Part shown: in pieces, positions 1 to 12,420 of the stretch
Layout: every line of letters begins with the position of its first letter
Numbering within the stretch: the first letter of the stretch is position 1
NCBI RefSeq assembly: GCF_000143415.4
Contig: NW_003314261.1
Coordinates: 3,898,880 to 3,962,879, forward strand
Origin: Selaginella moellendorffii
Lineage: Eukaryota; Plantae; Lycopodiophyta
Length of the DNA: 64,000 nt
Reading direction: 5' to 3'
The notes under the pieces: generated by a model
Told to the model about the DNA's origin: nothing
The model's input: only the letters and a program-made list of their open reading frames with translations
Database searches by the model: none
Program-made: the position numbers and the translations under genes

Positions 1-1060
1 GACTGGTAAGCCTTCAAACGAACAAAAACATAAAAATTCCCAGAGTTTTAGAGAAGATTTTTGAAGTGACTCCTGAGCAGCATGTTTCAGGGGGTATTAT
101 TCTCGCTGCCGAGGGCATCAATGGCAGTATCTCTGGCACGAAAAAAGCCGTGGCGGAGGTCTTGGAGAGCATCCAGGCAGACGCTCGCCTCGCGAATCTG
201 AGGATAACTCGAGCACCAGCGTCTTACGATGAAGTTGGCAGTGATGGTGCGTTTCGATGGAATCACGTTCGAGTGAGGCTAAAGAAAGAGGTATGCTTCT
301 CTCTCCTTGTCAAAAGATGTCCTCATTTTCTATCACAACAAAGGTGGTTCCTCTCGGAGTTCCAGGCCTTAATCCTGCAAACAAAGCTGGACAGTACGTG
401 AAGCCGTCGGACTGGAACGAACTTATCAGTGACCCCGAAACGGTAAAAACCTCGCGTCTATTTCTCCTTCCATGCGCTGAGACCTGTTTGTGCTTCCAGG
501 TGGTGATCGACGTGAGAAACTCGTACGAAACTCGCATTGGTAGCTTCAAAGGAGCGCTGGATCCTAAAACAGCCTCTTTTCGAGAGTTCCCCGACTGGGT
601 GGACAAAAACCTCAGCCTCAAGGGCGATCGCCCTTGCAGAATCGCTACGTTTTGCACTGGAGGAATCAGATGCGAAAAAGCAACCGCATTTTTACTCGAC
701 CGAGGATTCGACGAGGTAACTTTATACGGAAAAAGCTTGAACGTTTTCCAGCAAGCATCTTTATAGGTTTATCATCTGGAGGGAGGCATTCTCAGATACT
801 TGGAAGAGACACAACCGGCAGAGAGCTTGTGGCAAGGCGAGTGCTTCGTGTTTGATCGTAGAGTTTCGGTGGAGCATAGCTTGGTGCCTGGAACGTATGA
901 TCTCTGCTATGCTTGTAAGAAGCCAGTGAACAAGCAAGACATGGAGTCTACGGAATGGGAGGCTGGGGTGTCATGTCCACACTGCTTCCACCACAAGAGC
1001 CAGCGAGAAAAAGATAGAGCTCGAGCACGGCAAAGGCAGTTTGACATTCTTAGCTATTAG
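1..1060 (+). CDS. Rhodanese-like domain protein (TrhO/YceA/UPF0176 family, plant STR7-like); 5' end lies outside the window; multi-exon
   Basis: Spliced exons give [40 protein letters not shown], active-site [37 protein letters not shown] and a C-terminal CYAC...CPHC motif. GT-AG introns at ~291-340, ~443-499 and ~716-766; stop TAG at 1058-1060. Confidence 0.9.
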
Positions 1061-1208
1061 AATTTAATCATGACTTGACTCACTGATTCCTAAGGAATAT
1101 TGTTTATTTTGGTTTATAAATTTTTTTTCTGCATATTATTGATCTTTGTGTAATATGTTTTGTGATTTTAAAATTTATTAAATGCAATAGATTAAACATT
1201 TAATAGGA

Positions 1209-2072
1209 TTAATATGAGCATAATACATGGTCTTTAGTACCTGATGTCCATATAGCAACATTTGGAAATTTTGAGGTATAAACGATAAAATTACAATCAT
1301 TTTGAATAGTAAATAAAGTTAAAAATATGCAATTTGGTTGATTTTTACAAAATGTATTGGTGGCCCATAGAGATTTATTATCATAATACATAACTAAATT
1401 ACCATCAAACTGTAAAGTAAGAAAACAATTATTAACATTTTTTATAGAAGTATTTGATTCCCAAAGAAGTTTATTTGATGAATAAAACATAATATTGCAA
1501 TTAGACTTTAAAATAAATATATTTTTACCATTTGAAGACACTAAAAAATGATCAACATACATAACTGAACCAGGAAATAAAGTATTACTTCTAAGATGAC
1601 AAATTAATTGTTTATCTAAAATTGTATTATGATCAGCAAACTCTCTTGATTTTGGACGTATTAATTTATATTGTATGAAATATTTTTGACTTTCTCTTTC
1701 AAAAAAATCTGAATTATTGATAAACATAAGTTCTTTACTAGCTTCTAAAAGACTTTCAATTCCACGTTTAATATTAAAACCTGTAACAGAATCTTCATAA
1801 AAACATTGATCTTTTGCTTTAATTATTATATCTATATATCCTTGTGATACAGGTATTACAGTCCCATCTCCAAATTTTGATGGATAAAGCTCTTTATTAT
1901 TAAGTTTAAATAACAAACTGTTAAAAGCAGTAATAATTTTATGTATATCTTGAGGATTTAAAATACCACTAATTCCAAACCGAGGCTGAGATCCTGGAGG
2001 AGCATAAATAAAATAAAATAAGTAGTTAATTAAGATAAGTGAAATTAGCTTTCTAATATTAAAAGTATTCAT
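1209..2072 (-). CDS. Secreted protein: signal-like N-terminus, unknown ~130-aa domain, C-terminal bulb-type (GNA/B-type) mannose-binding lectin domain; intronless and AT-rich
   Basis: 287-aa open frame in very AT-rich DNA. Hydrophobic N-terminus LISLILINYLFYFIYA. Lectin repeats NTLFPG..LVSSNG..CNIMFY..LLWESNT, CFLTLQFDGNLVMY..LWATNT and IQNDCNFIVY..AIWTSGT match the QxDxNxVxY consensus. Confidence 0.8.
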   Translation of the reverse strand: MNTFNIRKLISLILINYLFYFIYAPPGSQPRFGISGILNPQDIHKIITAFNSLLFKLNNKELYPSKFGDGTVIPVSQGYIDIIIKAKDQCFYEDSVTGFNIKRGIESLLEASKELMFINNSDFFERESQKYFIQYKLIRPKSREFADHNTILDKQLICHLRSNTLFPGSVMYVDHFLVSSNGKNIFILKSNCNIMFYSSNKLLWESNTSIKNVNNCFLTLQFDGNLVMYYDNKSLWATNTFCKNQPNCIFLTLFTIQNDCNFIVYTSKFPNVAIWTSGTKDHVLCSY

Positions 2073-2322
2073 AATAATACTAAGTAAATAAAACAGGGGT
2101 TTTTATAATTTAAATAGGCATATCAGTTGAAACATTAGAAATAGGAACAGGATTCTGTTATTAAATAAAGAAGATGTAATTATCTTTAACTTTTAAAAAA
2201 CTTTAAAAAAAGGCAGGACCTTGGTTATATAAAGGTATAAAGTGAAAAATGGAACTTCGAAAATGAATGCCAATTTGCCTCCCAAGTATAAGAAAAATTC
2301 CAAAGTTGCGAATCTCGCATCT

Positions 2323-4581
2323 CTATTGTAATCTAACATTTAGAACTCCCAAGTTTCTATCCCATGCAAAGGGCAATTCTCGCTTCCATAGAATTGCCTC
2401 AACAGCACTTTTGAGAGGAGAATGACCACAGCTTTTGCTGCTTCTTCCCCATCCCGTGACAATGCTAATGGAACCAAATGGACGTCCCGAGCTCTCCAGC
2501 CTCGAGAGCCACAGCATCAAAGCCACCTCGGCCACCCCCACAGAGAAACCATGAAGATCCAAAACAATTGCATCCCCTCGGACACTCTCCAGCCTTGGAA
2601 GCAAGCCACGATCCCAAGCTATGCCCAGCAACCTTGAAGCTCTCGCGCCAAGCCCACGGAATGACAAAACATCCACCAGCGAGTCGCACAGCACGGCCGG
2701 ATCCTTGGCTCTCAGTAGCAATCGCTCGACGCCGTTCCAAAGCCTCCCGCCGCCATCTAGATCCATGATCTCGTTCTCTTCGCATGGAGCTTCCAAGAGC
2801 TTGGCGACTGTTCCAGAGCTATCACACCGCCGGATACATTCCACCAGCTCCGCCCTCGCTCCGGTCGAATCCGCGGCCTCGAGAGCGGACAGAAAGATCG
2901 CCATTGTCTGCTCGTCCGGCCGAAAGATCTCTCCTCCAAACTCGAGCTGGAGCTGGAAGAATCTCGCCGGCAAACGAGCCCTGTGGTGTGGCGAGTTCTT
3001 GTACGAGTTTAGCACCGACGTGAGCTCCACCACGCTCGCCTTGAGCCCCGACCTGGACATCTCCGCAAGCTTTTGCTCGGCCTCTTCCACCATGCCCAAG
3101 CTCGCGTACCCATCGATCAACGCATTGTAGACGAACTCGTCTGGAGCGCAGCATGCCACTCGCATCCGCAGAAACGTACTCTCCATTCTCCTCACCATCC
3201 TTGCCTTTGCGTATCCAGCGACGAGCGCGGTGTAAGTCCGTGAGTCGGGCTCTATGCCATCGTCCTCCATTTCGTCCAGCGTCTGCTCCATCCTCCTGAT
3301 AGACCCCTTGGCTCCATACGCGTCCAAGACGATGTTGACAGCCTTGACGAGCTCGGCCTTGCTGGGCTTGGATCGCTTGAGCAGGCGCAAAACTTCCTCC
3401 ATCTTTCTGAAAGAACCACTCGCTCGGTAGCTCTCGAGAAGAGACAAGTAGAACCTCGCGTCCGGCTCGAGCTGGGACGACGAAACACGGCTCAAGATCT
3501 CGTCCACGCCGTCACGTCCCTTGGCCGCGCCGAAGCTCTTCACCATCGACGTCCAGGCCGAGACGTCGGGCTTGAAACCCGCGTCTACCATCTCCTTGTA
3601 GCATCTCTCCACGCTCTGGAAGTCCTTCCTTCGCCCGTAGATGTCCACCATGAGACCATACGCCTTTGCGTCGAGCTCCTCCGGCTTGAGCAGCAGTTTC
3701 TCCAGAGCCATGTCGACCCGAGCGTCGAGCTTCGCTCTCCTGTAAGCGTCGGCCAGGCAGCACCAGGTGATAACGTTCGGTTCCACTCCTGGAAACTCCG
3801 CAAGCATGGCTTGTAGAGCGGCTTCCATGTCTGGGATTCGCAGCGCCTTGCCGTAGACGCTGATCATCGCGTTGAAAGTCGACGTGCTCGGCGAGCAGCC
3901 TTCGTTGAGCATGCAGCGGAAGAGGCTCTCCATGTTTGCGAGCATGCCAGCTTTGCCGTAGGAGCTGATCACCAAGCCGAAGCTCGTGGAGACGAGACTG
4001 GAATCTGTGCGGTGTGTGTGGAGGATTTGAGCCAAGAGGCTCTCTGCCTTGCTCCAGAGATGAGCCCGTGCGAATCCGGAGAGCACACTGTTGTAAGAGG
4101 CAACGCTCCCGAGCGGAAAGTTGGCTTTATCCACCATGGTTTCTCTCGTCAACCTTGAAAAGAGCTTGCAAAGAAGCAAAAAAAACTTGTCCTACCTTTC
4201 ACATTCCTAACCATCCTGCACAGAAGAAATGAATCACGGATCTCCTGACTGCAAAAACCAAAGCAAACTCTTTGAGATTTTCACCTCTCCAGTGGTGATG
4301 AGCTTCACGTTTTCCTGAAGAGGGGGGGCTGGAGGAGGATTTGCTCCGTCTCGATTGGGTCGGAGGTCGTCAGCTGTAGGAACAAAGCCGTAAGATTCAA
4401 GGAAAAACTAGGCATTGTGAAGGCTTACCGGGTCGCGGAGAGTCGGCTTGCTATCATCCTGGACAATGGTGAATGGAGGCTTACGAGTTCCTTGTGCGTC
4501 GGTGGTGGTGGTGCAGCTGCTTGGCGGAGGCGTAGAAATGGCAGTTGCAGTTTTCTGCGCCTTGCTGCTGTACTCCGCCAT
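2323..4581 (-). CDS. P-class pentatricopeptide repeat protein with C-terminal SMR domain (PPR-SMR family)
   Basis: Long last exon (within ORF 2323-4179) has tandem 35-aa PPR motifs (e.g. STFNAMISVYGK, PDSRTYTALVAGYAK) and SMR motifs LDLHGFSVGVA and SIVTGWGRSSK. Probable short 5' exons start at ATG 4581 (MAEYSSKAQK...) with GT-AG introns; the 5' structure is less certain. Confidence 0.9.
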
Positions 4582-5139
4582 CGCCACAGCCCCAAAGAAT
4601 ATACTATTTTCCCAATGTTTTGTGGCATTATCTGTATAATAAATTTTAATAACTTATGATGCTTAATAATTACAAAATAAAACATAATTACCTATCATTA
4701 TTATTATAGTGTTTTAAATTAGTTTCTAGCAATGCAGTCTGCCATTTTTCTTTGAAAAAACAATTATCTAGAAATTGTTATAATGTGATAAATTATTTTT
4801 AAAAATACCTATTGGTAATTGTAAATAGTTTGCTGCAATTTGGTTTTCTTTAATATGTAATCAACATTTATTATAAAATATCAATATAACCTTTATAAAT
4901 AAATATGGTTATAAATCATTCTATTAAAAAAAGAAAAAACTAAATTTCTAGCTTTATGTATTTGAATTAAGTTGTGAGAATAACATTGCATATAAGTGTT
5001 GTGATCTTTCATTTAATCCAACTCCTGTTCAAGCTATATTCGTCTATAAGAGTTGCATCAAGTGTAATGTCCTCTCATGCAATGCTAACTCAAGTATATG
5101 AAGCTAAAATTTAGTTTTTTCTTTTTATTTTATAAAGAT

Positions 5140-6481
5140 AAACATGTAAACCATAAAATTATCTAAAGCACCCATGTGAATAAGGATTTTAACAAAGTTT
5201 ATTTTCAATCTTCTTTCAAAGGGCTAATAAATATTGCGAATGACTCTCTACTAAAGTTGCTCGTATAATGAATAATATTGAGCTATGGACAAGATTATAT
5301 ACCTTAATTTTTACTTCATTTGACTTAATAGTTATATTGACTTTGGCTTTCTTCGGGTAGAGACATTCTCTCAAGAAGTGTCTTTTTTCTCTACAATTGT
5401 AATATATATTATTCCCCATATTATTAGTAAATTTGGTTTTTTTATTAGTGGGTTTATCCTTTTTCATTTGACTCTCCAACATACTTGCTCTCTAGCCATT
5501 GGATTTGCCTTTCTAAAACTTTAAGGATTTATTCTCAGAGAAACTCTTCTTGAATTTCTTTTTTTTATATATCCCTCTTGGTTTGATTCCTTTGCTAAAT
5601 GTGAATTTAAACCTGTTATGTTCCTTTTTTGCAAGTTATCATTGAAATGCATCTTGATAGTTACATCTAATGGTTCTTTGTAGTTGGTTGGGTTCTAACA
5701 CATCATCTCACTCCAAGTCTAATATGAGCTTGCAAGCTTGATATAAAGGCATAGAATGAATTCCCATATCCGTAATAGGGATTTTCTTGGCCATAAACAT
5801 ATTCACATACTTTTGAATTATTCATGTCTACTTCAGCCTACTTAACTCATCCCTTAGGTGTAGAGTAACATACAAAGGAATATAAGTTGTATGTATCCTT
5901 ATTTTCATCACTTCCTAAATGGGTACTAGTCCTTTGTTAGCCTTTGTCATTTTTCACCAAAACTTAATATTATTTGCTAAATATAATTTTGCACATAAAA
6001 TCTTTTTCATGTTTGGTAACTGTAGTGCTCAAAAGTAATCCTCCATATTGTAAAACTAATCCTCCACCACCTTATAGTCATTCATACCCTTGAAGTGGGG
6101 GCTTTGGTTTTTACTTGGGAATTGCTTAGGGGATTGATTTTATTTTAATTTGTTCAATCCTACCTCAAAGAGTCCACACTTTCTGTGTTACTAGCATTTG
6201 TAGTCTATTATTTTTTCTTCTACTTCTTTCACAACTCAACTTTAGTTTATTTGGTCTTGCCTTAAAAGGTCCACATTTTATATGTTGCCAACATTTGTAG
6301 TGTTTTGTTTTTTCTTTCGCTTCTCTTGCCATTAAACTTCTATTTGGAAGTTTCTTCATAGGCTTTATCTCTAAAGGAAGTTTATCTTTACCTTAGTTCG
6401 CTAAAACTAGCCATCTCCTAATGGGCTATCAACAATGCACCTTTATCATTCACTAAAATTGAGAAAGAGGCTTTGATACTA
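5140..6481 (-). mobile_element. Degenerate Ty3/gypsy-like internal region (PBS, gag zinc knuckle, protease remnant)
   Basis: tRNA-iMet-type PBS remnant TAGTATCAAAGC (minus strand, 6470-6481) next to an LTR end. Knuckle remnant YYNCREKRHFLREC in ORF 5216-5482. Protease-like ILIHMGALDNFM (cf. LIDTGAxxNF) at ~5150-5190. Many stops. Confidence 0.65.
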
Positions 6482-6483
6482 AA

Positions 6484-6852
6484 TATAAGTTGACTTTCCA
6501 AGAGGTCATCCAACATAGTATTATTCAAATTCAAGAACATTTAACATTAAATAAACCTAAAACCCTTAACCGATTAGAAAAAAGGGTGCACTTTTGTTCA
6601 TAGGCCCTTGTATATTTAGTAAGTTTAGTTTGCTCAAGCTTGGCTCAACCCGAGAAGTAAGGTGTCAAGAGAGTGGGGGTCTTGGGAGAGTTGCAACTCT
6701 TAACTTCTGTTTATGAGAGCATGAACTTGCAAGGAAGTATAGTGGATCATAAGTAACTAAAGGAATTAAAAGATGATTCATGAGGTTTGAATATAAAGGG
6801 AAAGGGCTCATGAATAAGAATGCATCCACTTTTCCAATTGGTTAAGAGTTTT
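6484..6852. repeat. Partial LTR copies of the 7305-7498 family: direct copy at ~6484-6610 (5' LTR of the degenerate element) and inverted copy at ~6750-6852
   Basis: 6490-6610 aligns by eye with 7321-7440 (GAGGTCATCCA...ACCCTTAACCGATT...GGGTGCAC). 6750-6852 is the reverse complement of ~7388-7497. Confidence 0.7.
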
Positions 6853-7304
6853 GAAGGAACTCTCAAATGGTGCTTTTAAAGCAATTGTAATGCAACACTT
6901 CTTCATAAGGGCTTGGGTCTTCCCTTTGGGATAGACCATTATGCCATGGTGTTTTCCCTTGAAGTCCTATGGTATTTTCCCCTGAGGTCCTAAAGTAAAA
7001 TATGTAAAGATTTAGAGGGTCCTATAATCAAGTTTTATTTTACCAAAGGATGTTAAGAATTTGGAAGTTTAGTGTGCTTGACTGTTAATGATGAGTGTAA
7101 CTAAACTTTAGGTCTAATTTAACCCAAAGAGGGGGATTGGAAGAGAATTTAGGAATCTGTAGATGAAGGGTTAACACCCTACTGCTCATACAATGAGTAG
7201 TTAAACTTAAGTAAGTCCAAGTAAGAGTTGATATAATATGTGGGAACTTTGGTAAGGGAGCTTAACTAAGGCTAAGACAAGGGTGGTCAGATGGATAAAG
7301 TAAG

Positions 7305-7498
7305 TGTAAACTCTTGAGTTTAGACTTCTCAGGAGGTCATCCAGCCCAGTACTATTCAAACCCAAACACACTTAACCCCAAATATCCCAAGACCCTTAAC
7401 CGATTGAAAAAGGGGGTGCACTCTTATTCGTGGGCCCTTTCCCTTTATATTTGAACCCCATAGACCGTCTCTTAAGTCGTTCTCTTTGGTTGCTTACA
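7305..7498. mobile_element. Solo LTR (194 bp) with 5-bp target-site duplication GTAAG
   Basis: Termini TGTAA...TTACA; GTAAG at 7300-7304 and 7499-7503; homologous to the PBS-adjacent LTR at 6484. Confidence 0.8.
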
Positions 7499-9608
7499 GT
7501 AAGTTGGCAAATTGGAAAAGACAAATCTATGGCTTACAAAACACTACTCACTAGATTGCTAGCTATAATATAAGACTAATTATAAATAACTTTATATTTA
7601 TACTACAGTTGAAATAATATTAGACAATTTGAAAATATATATAAAGAATTCAACCTTGGATGAAGTTCTCATTAATGGGTAAATTGGCATTCTTGATAAG
7701 GCCAAGTTGTGGAGGCAATCTCAAATGTCAGCATCACCAAATATGTAAATACTAATATTGATTCATCATCAATCTTAATAAAATAGTGTATAATTTATGG
7801 AAGAATAAAATCCATAATACTTTTAATAGAAATGTAAAAACTCCCTATAATCATAGTTTATAAAGAAAGAATGTTAGATCAAATAGAAATGTAAACCACT
7901 TTTCTAAGTATCTCAAAAGAGCTTGATTTAAAATACAAAGATATGTCAATGTAGAAAAGGTTGAGAGATTTTGGCTCTAAAGCCATTTGTGACAAACATA
8001 TTGTCTCTAATGGAATAAAACACACTTTTGAAGATAATTGTTTAAAAGTTGGAAATTATGCATGGAATTGTTAGAGTTGCCATCTTTGTCATTAAATCTT
8101 TAAACACTAAATAAGCCCTAAAAAAAGTTTCCACCCTATGACAATAATGTTATGGATTGCAATAAGAATCTCATATGGCTCTCTGACTGCTATTTGATTT
8201 GTTTATAAGAAATCGGTCTTGGGTTACTGTTCAGCCAAGAAAAAGACTGTGAGAGGCAACCACATTATATATATATATTATGACATAAATTTTTTGATGT
8301 TAAAAGCTCAGAAAATTGATTGACTAATGAAACATCACTTGTATTTGGATTACTTAAGTTTTTTTACTAGCTTGAAAAAGAAAAACAACACTAACAATGT
8401 GAGTTTTTTAAGAAACTTGGCTTATCACTCTACTTTTGATACCCACGACATCACACATAAAATATTTCTTAACAATAGGCTTAAATTTATAGCACCAAAT
8501 AATAAAATATGGTGCATGGCATTTTATAATATTAATTATTTCACCATTTCTTGTTTTGTATCAGCCAAATAAAAGGAATCAAATTTACAAGTTTGATATA
8601 TACTCAAGTGGAGATGACTTTAGACTAAAAGATTCCTTATTTATAAGGCTAAAAACTCAATTTATCATCCATGCTTCAACTAACCATCAACTATAGTATA
8701 GGTGTAAAATAGATATATGAAATCTATCAAAATAACCATACCTTTTTCTTTAGATTTATGCAATACTAAAAAGTTTAGCTTGAGTTAGCAAATGTATGAA
8801 TTTCTAAACTTCTGTACTGAAAAGCTTATACTAGTCAAATTCTTATGCCACATAGATCCTAATATATAAAGGATAGTGCTTGTGGATAACTATCATAAGT
8901 TCATCAATACTCTTGACATAGTCTTCAAGACATTGACAACAATCCATCATGACACCCAAGGGTTTTAGACATAAAAGTGTAAGTTTTTTTCCATATTTTC
9001 CATTATTCACTATTTTAGAGCTAGAGTCGGCACAGCAAACTATAATTTAGGTAACATCACATCTTTGACACTTTAATAACAATGTTCACCAAATTGTGAT
9101 GTTCAGGTATGTTGCATGACAAAGTTACACATAGATTTAAATGTGTTGTGGTGACAATTGCCATAGTCATTTGTTGTCTAATCTCATTAGCATTTAATGT
9201 CATCAACCTCCTCCTTTGTGACTGTCCTTATAGTTGTAATGATCAATTTATGATGGTTTTTAAGTTCCTCTATTAGTGTAACTTTTTTCCACACTAGGGT
9301 GTGTGTTATAATAAAATAATTGAGCAGTAAAGATCATAATGCCAATGCCTGGTTAGAAAAGTATTTTATTTCTTCATTTTGATGTTATAATTTATTTAAT
9401 AGTATATAGAAAACAACATAGAATTTTTATAATTGTTTATTTTAAATAAATTAAATAAATAAATAAATTATCACTCTAACAAGAGGTATTATAAAAATAA
9501 ACACCATCTACCTCCTAGAAATTTTACTTTACCTATTAATTGTTTTTATTTCCATTTTAAAATGTTTATAGATATTTTTATTACCATGTCTGAGTAATTA
9601 GTGAACTT

Positions 9609-11793
9609 TAGTAATTTAGACTAATTAATACTAAACCATTCTTATATATAAGTAAATGTAAATTCATAAGATTTAAAACTTAACTAATTTTTACTTTTAT
9701 GAATCATTTTATTACTTTAGAAGTTACATTTGGTAAATTCTAGGAAATGGCCACCTTTAGTTCAAATGAATCTTGGTGATGATTAACATATATTTTTTAA
9801 AAACATTATTGAGAAAGTTTTATATATATTTTTAATTTAGGAATCAAGAATTTTTTTACCAATTAGGTCATGATGAAACTTAATTTTTTGAATAGGTCTT
9901 TATGTTTATATAGCAATCATCCTAGTAATGTAGAATAATTGATACTAAATCATTCTTATAAATAACTAATGTATAATTCATTATATATTAATATTAAATA
10001 ATTTTTACGATTATAAATCACTTTATTACTTTAAAAGTTACGCTTGGCAATTTCTAGGAAATGGTTACCTTTAGTACTAATAGATATTGGTGATGATTAA
10101 CATACATTTTTCTAAAAAATTATTAAAAAGTATTTGTACATTTTTGTAATTTAAAAATCAGGAATTTCTTTGCGAATTAGATCATGATGAAACTTAATTT
10201 TTTGAACAACTCTTTATGTTTATATAGCAATCATAGTAGTAATGTAGACTATTTGATACTAAATCATTCTTATATATAAATAAATGTATAACTCATAATA
10301 TTTTAAAATTAACTAATTTTTACATTTGCAAATCACTTTATCACTTTAGAAGTTACACTTGGTAAGTTCTATGAATTAGACATCTTTAGTATTATTTAAT
10401 TTTTGTGATGATTACTATACAAAAATTATTAAAACAAATTTGTATATTTTTTTAATTTAAAAATCAGAAATTTCTTTGTGAATTAGATCATGATGAAACT
10501 TAATTTTTTGAATAGGTCTTTATATTTATAAAGCAATCATCCTGGTAATGTAGACTAATTGATACTAAATCATTCTCATAAATAAGTAAATGTATAATTC
10601 ATAATATATTAAAATTAAATAATTTTTAGATTTGTAAATCACTTTTTTACTTTAGAAGTTACACTTGGTAAATTCTGGGAAATGGCCACCATTAGTACTA
10701 ATGGATATTGGTGATGATTAACATACATTTTTCAAAAAAAATTATTTAAAAATATTTGTTAAATTTTTAAATTTAAAAATCAGGAATTCCTTTGCGAATT
10801 AGATCATGATGAAACTTAATTTTTTGAATAGGTCTTTCTGTTTATATAGTAATCATCCTGGTAATGTGGACTAATTGATACTAAATCATTTTTATATATA
10901 ATAAAATGTATTACTTATAATATATTAAAATTAACTAATTTTTACATTTGCAAATCACTTTATCACTTTAGAAGTTACACTTGGTAAATTCTATGAAATG
11001 GCCACCTTTAGTATTAATCGATTTTGGCGATGATTAACATACATTTTTCAAAACAATTATTTAAAAATATTTGTATATTTTTTTAATTTAAGAATCAGGA
11101 ATTTTCTTGCCAATTAAATCATGTTGAAACTTAATTATTTGAATAGTTCTTAATTTGTTTGTATAACAATCATTCTGGTAATGTAGACTAATTGATACTA
11201 AATCAATTTTATATATATGTAAATACATGATTCATAAGATTTTAATATTTGTAAATCACTTTATTACTTTAGAGTTCACACTTGGTAAATTCTAGCAAAT
11301 AGGCACCTTTAGTACTAATAGGTTTTGTTGATGATTAATATATATATTTTTTAAAAATTAGTAAACAATATTTATATATTTTTTAACTGAAAATTTAGGA
11401 ATGTCTTTGCCAATTGGATCATGATGAAATTTAATTTTTTGAATAGGTCTTTATGTTTATATAGCAATCATCCTAGTAATATAGACTAATTGATACTAAA
11501 TCAAAATTATATATATGTAAATATATAATTTATAATATTTTAAAATTATCTAATGTTTTCATTTGTAAATCACTTTATTACTTTAGAGGTTACAGTTCGT
11601 AAATTCTATGAAATGGCCATTTTTACTGCCAATGGATTTTTATGATGATTAACATATATTTTTAAAAAACATTATTAAAAAATATTTGTATATTTTTTTA
11701 ATTTAAAAATCAGAAATTTATTTGCCAATTAGATCTTGATGAAATTTATTTTTTTGCCTAGGTCTTTATGTTTATATAACAATTATCCTGGTA
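9609..11793. repeat. AT-rich tandem array, 7 units of ~315 bp
   Basis: Anchor T(A/G)GTAAT...GACTAATTGATACTAAATCA recurs at 9609, 9923, 10237, 10543, 10859, 11176, 11474 and partially at 11789 (spacings 314, 314, 306, 316, 317, 298, 315). Shared internal motifs AGTTACACTTGGTAAATTCTA and GATCATGATGAAACTTAATTTTTTGAA. Confidence 0.95.
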
Positions 11794-12247
11794 AAAGTTT
11801 ATTTAATAGTTAATTTTTTAATATTTTTTATTTTGAAATTTGGAATCAAACTAATTTAGTACTTGGTTGTAAAACCTAAAAAAGGGATCATCAACATAGT
11901 AATCACACTCTTTTTATATTCAAGATTCTTATAAAATGAAACATTCTTTAATAATTTATTATAATATTAATTTAAGATTTTACTTAGTATAGAACTATGT
12001 TAATATGTATTAACTTGATGTATTATTTTATATGATTATATAAAACTTTAAATGTACATAGTTATAAAAGAATTATTTAGAAACTAATATATATTTAGAT
12101 TCAAAATATTTTAATATATTAAAATTTAATTTTTTTTTTTTAATATGATTTTCAACTTTTCAAATTTTCAAATATAAAACTTGTAAGGTATTTATATAAG
12201 CTATTAATTGGTTTTTAAATTAATGTTACAATATATAATTTATGATT

Positions 12248-12420
12248 TGTGAGTGCATGGAATATGGAAAGGGAATACAGAAATATGCATATCAATTAAC
12301 CCAAAAACCTAGCTTATATACAAGAGCGAGTGGTTCGGATTGAAACCAATCCGACGGCTATCAAAATCCACTACGCTAATATTAGTATACGGCATCGTAG
12401 CCGTACACTTGGCCCTCACA
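12248..12420. mobile_element. Solo LTR (173 bp) of the gypsy family at 56826-61711; 4-bp TSD GATT
   Basis: TGTGAGTGCATGG...GGCCCTCACA nearly identical to LTRs 56826-57000 and 61537-61711; GATT at 12244-12247 and 12421-12424. Confidence 0.95.

Noticed and set aside
6484-7498. Direct plus inverted repeat layout suggesting a DIRS/Ngaro tyrosine-recombinase element
   Set aside because: TG...CA ends, a 5-bp TSD and a tRNA-iMet PBS explain it as ordinary LTR copies.
7600-9300. Fragmentary frames in AT-rich DNA (e.g. ORF 8327-8572)
   Set aside because: No recognisable motif; cannot assign to a gene or TE.
9609-11793. Array considered as CRISPR-like or coding repeat
   Set aside because: Whole ~315-bp units repeat with no unique spacers, there are no ORFs, and the context is eukaryotic.
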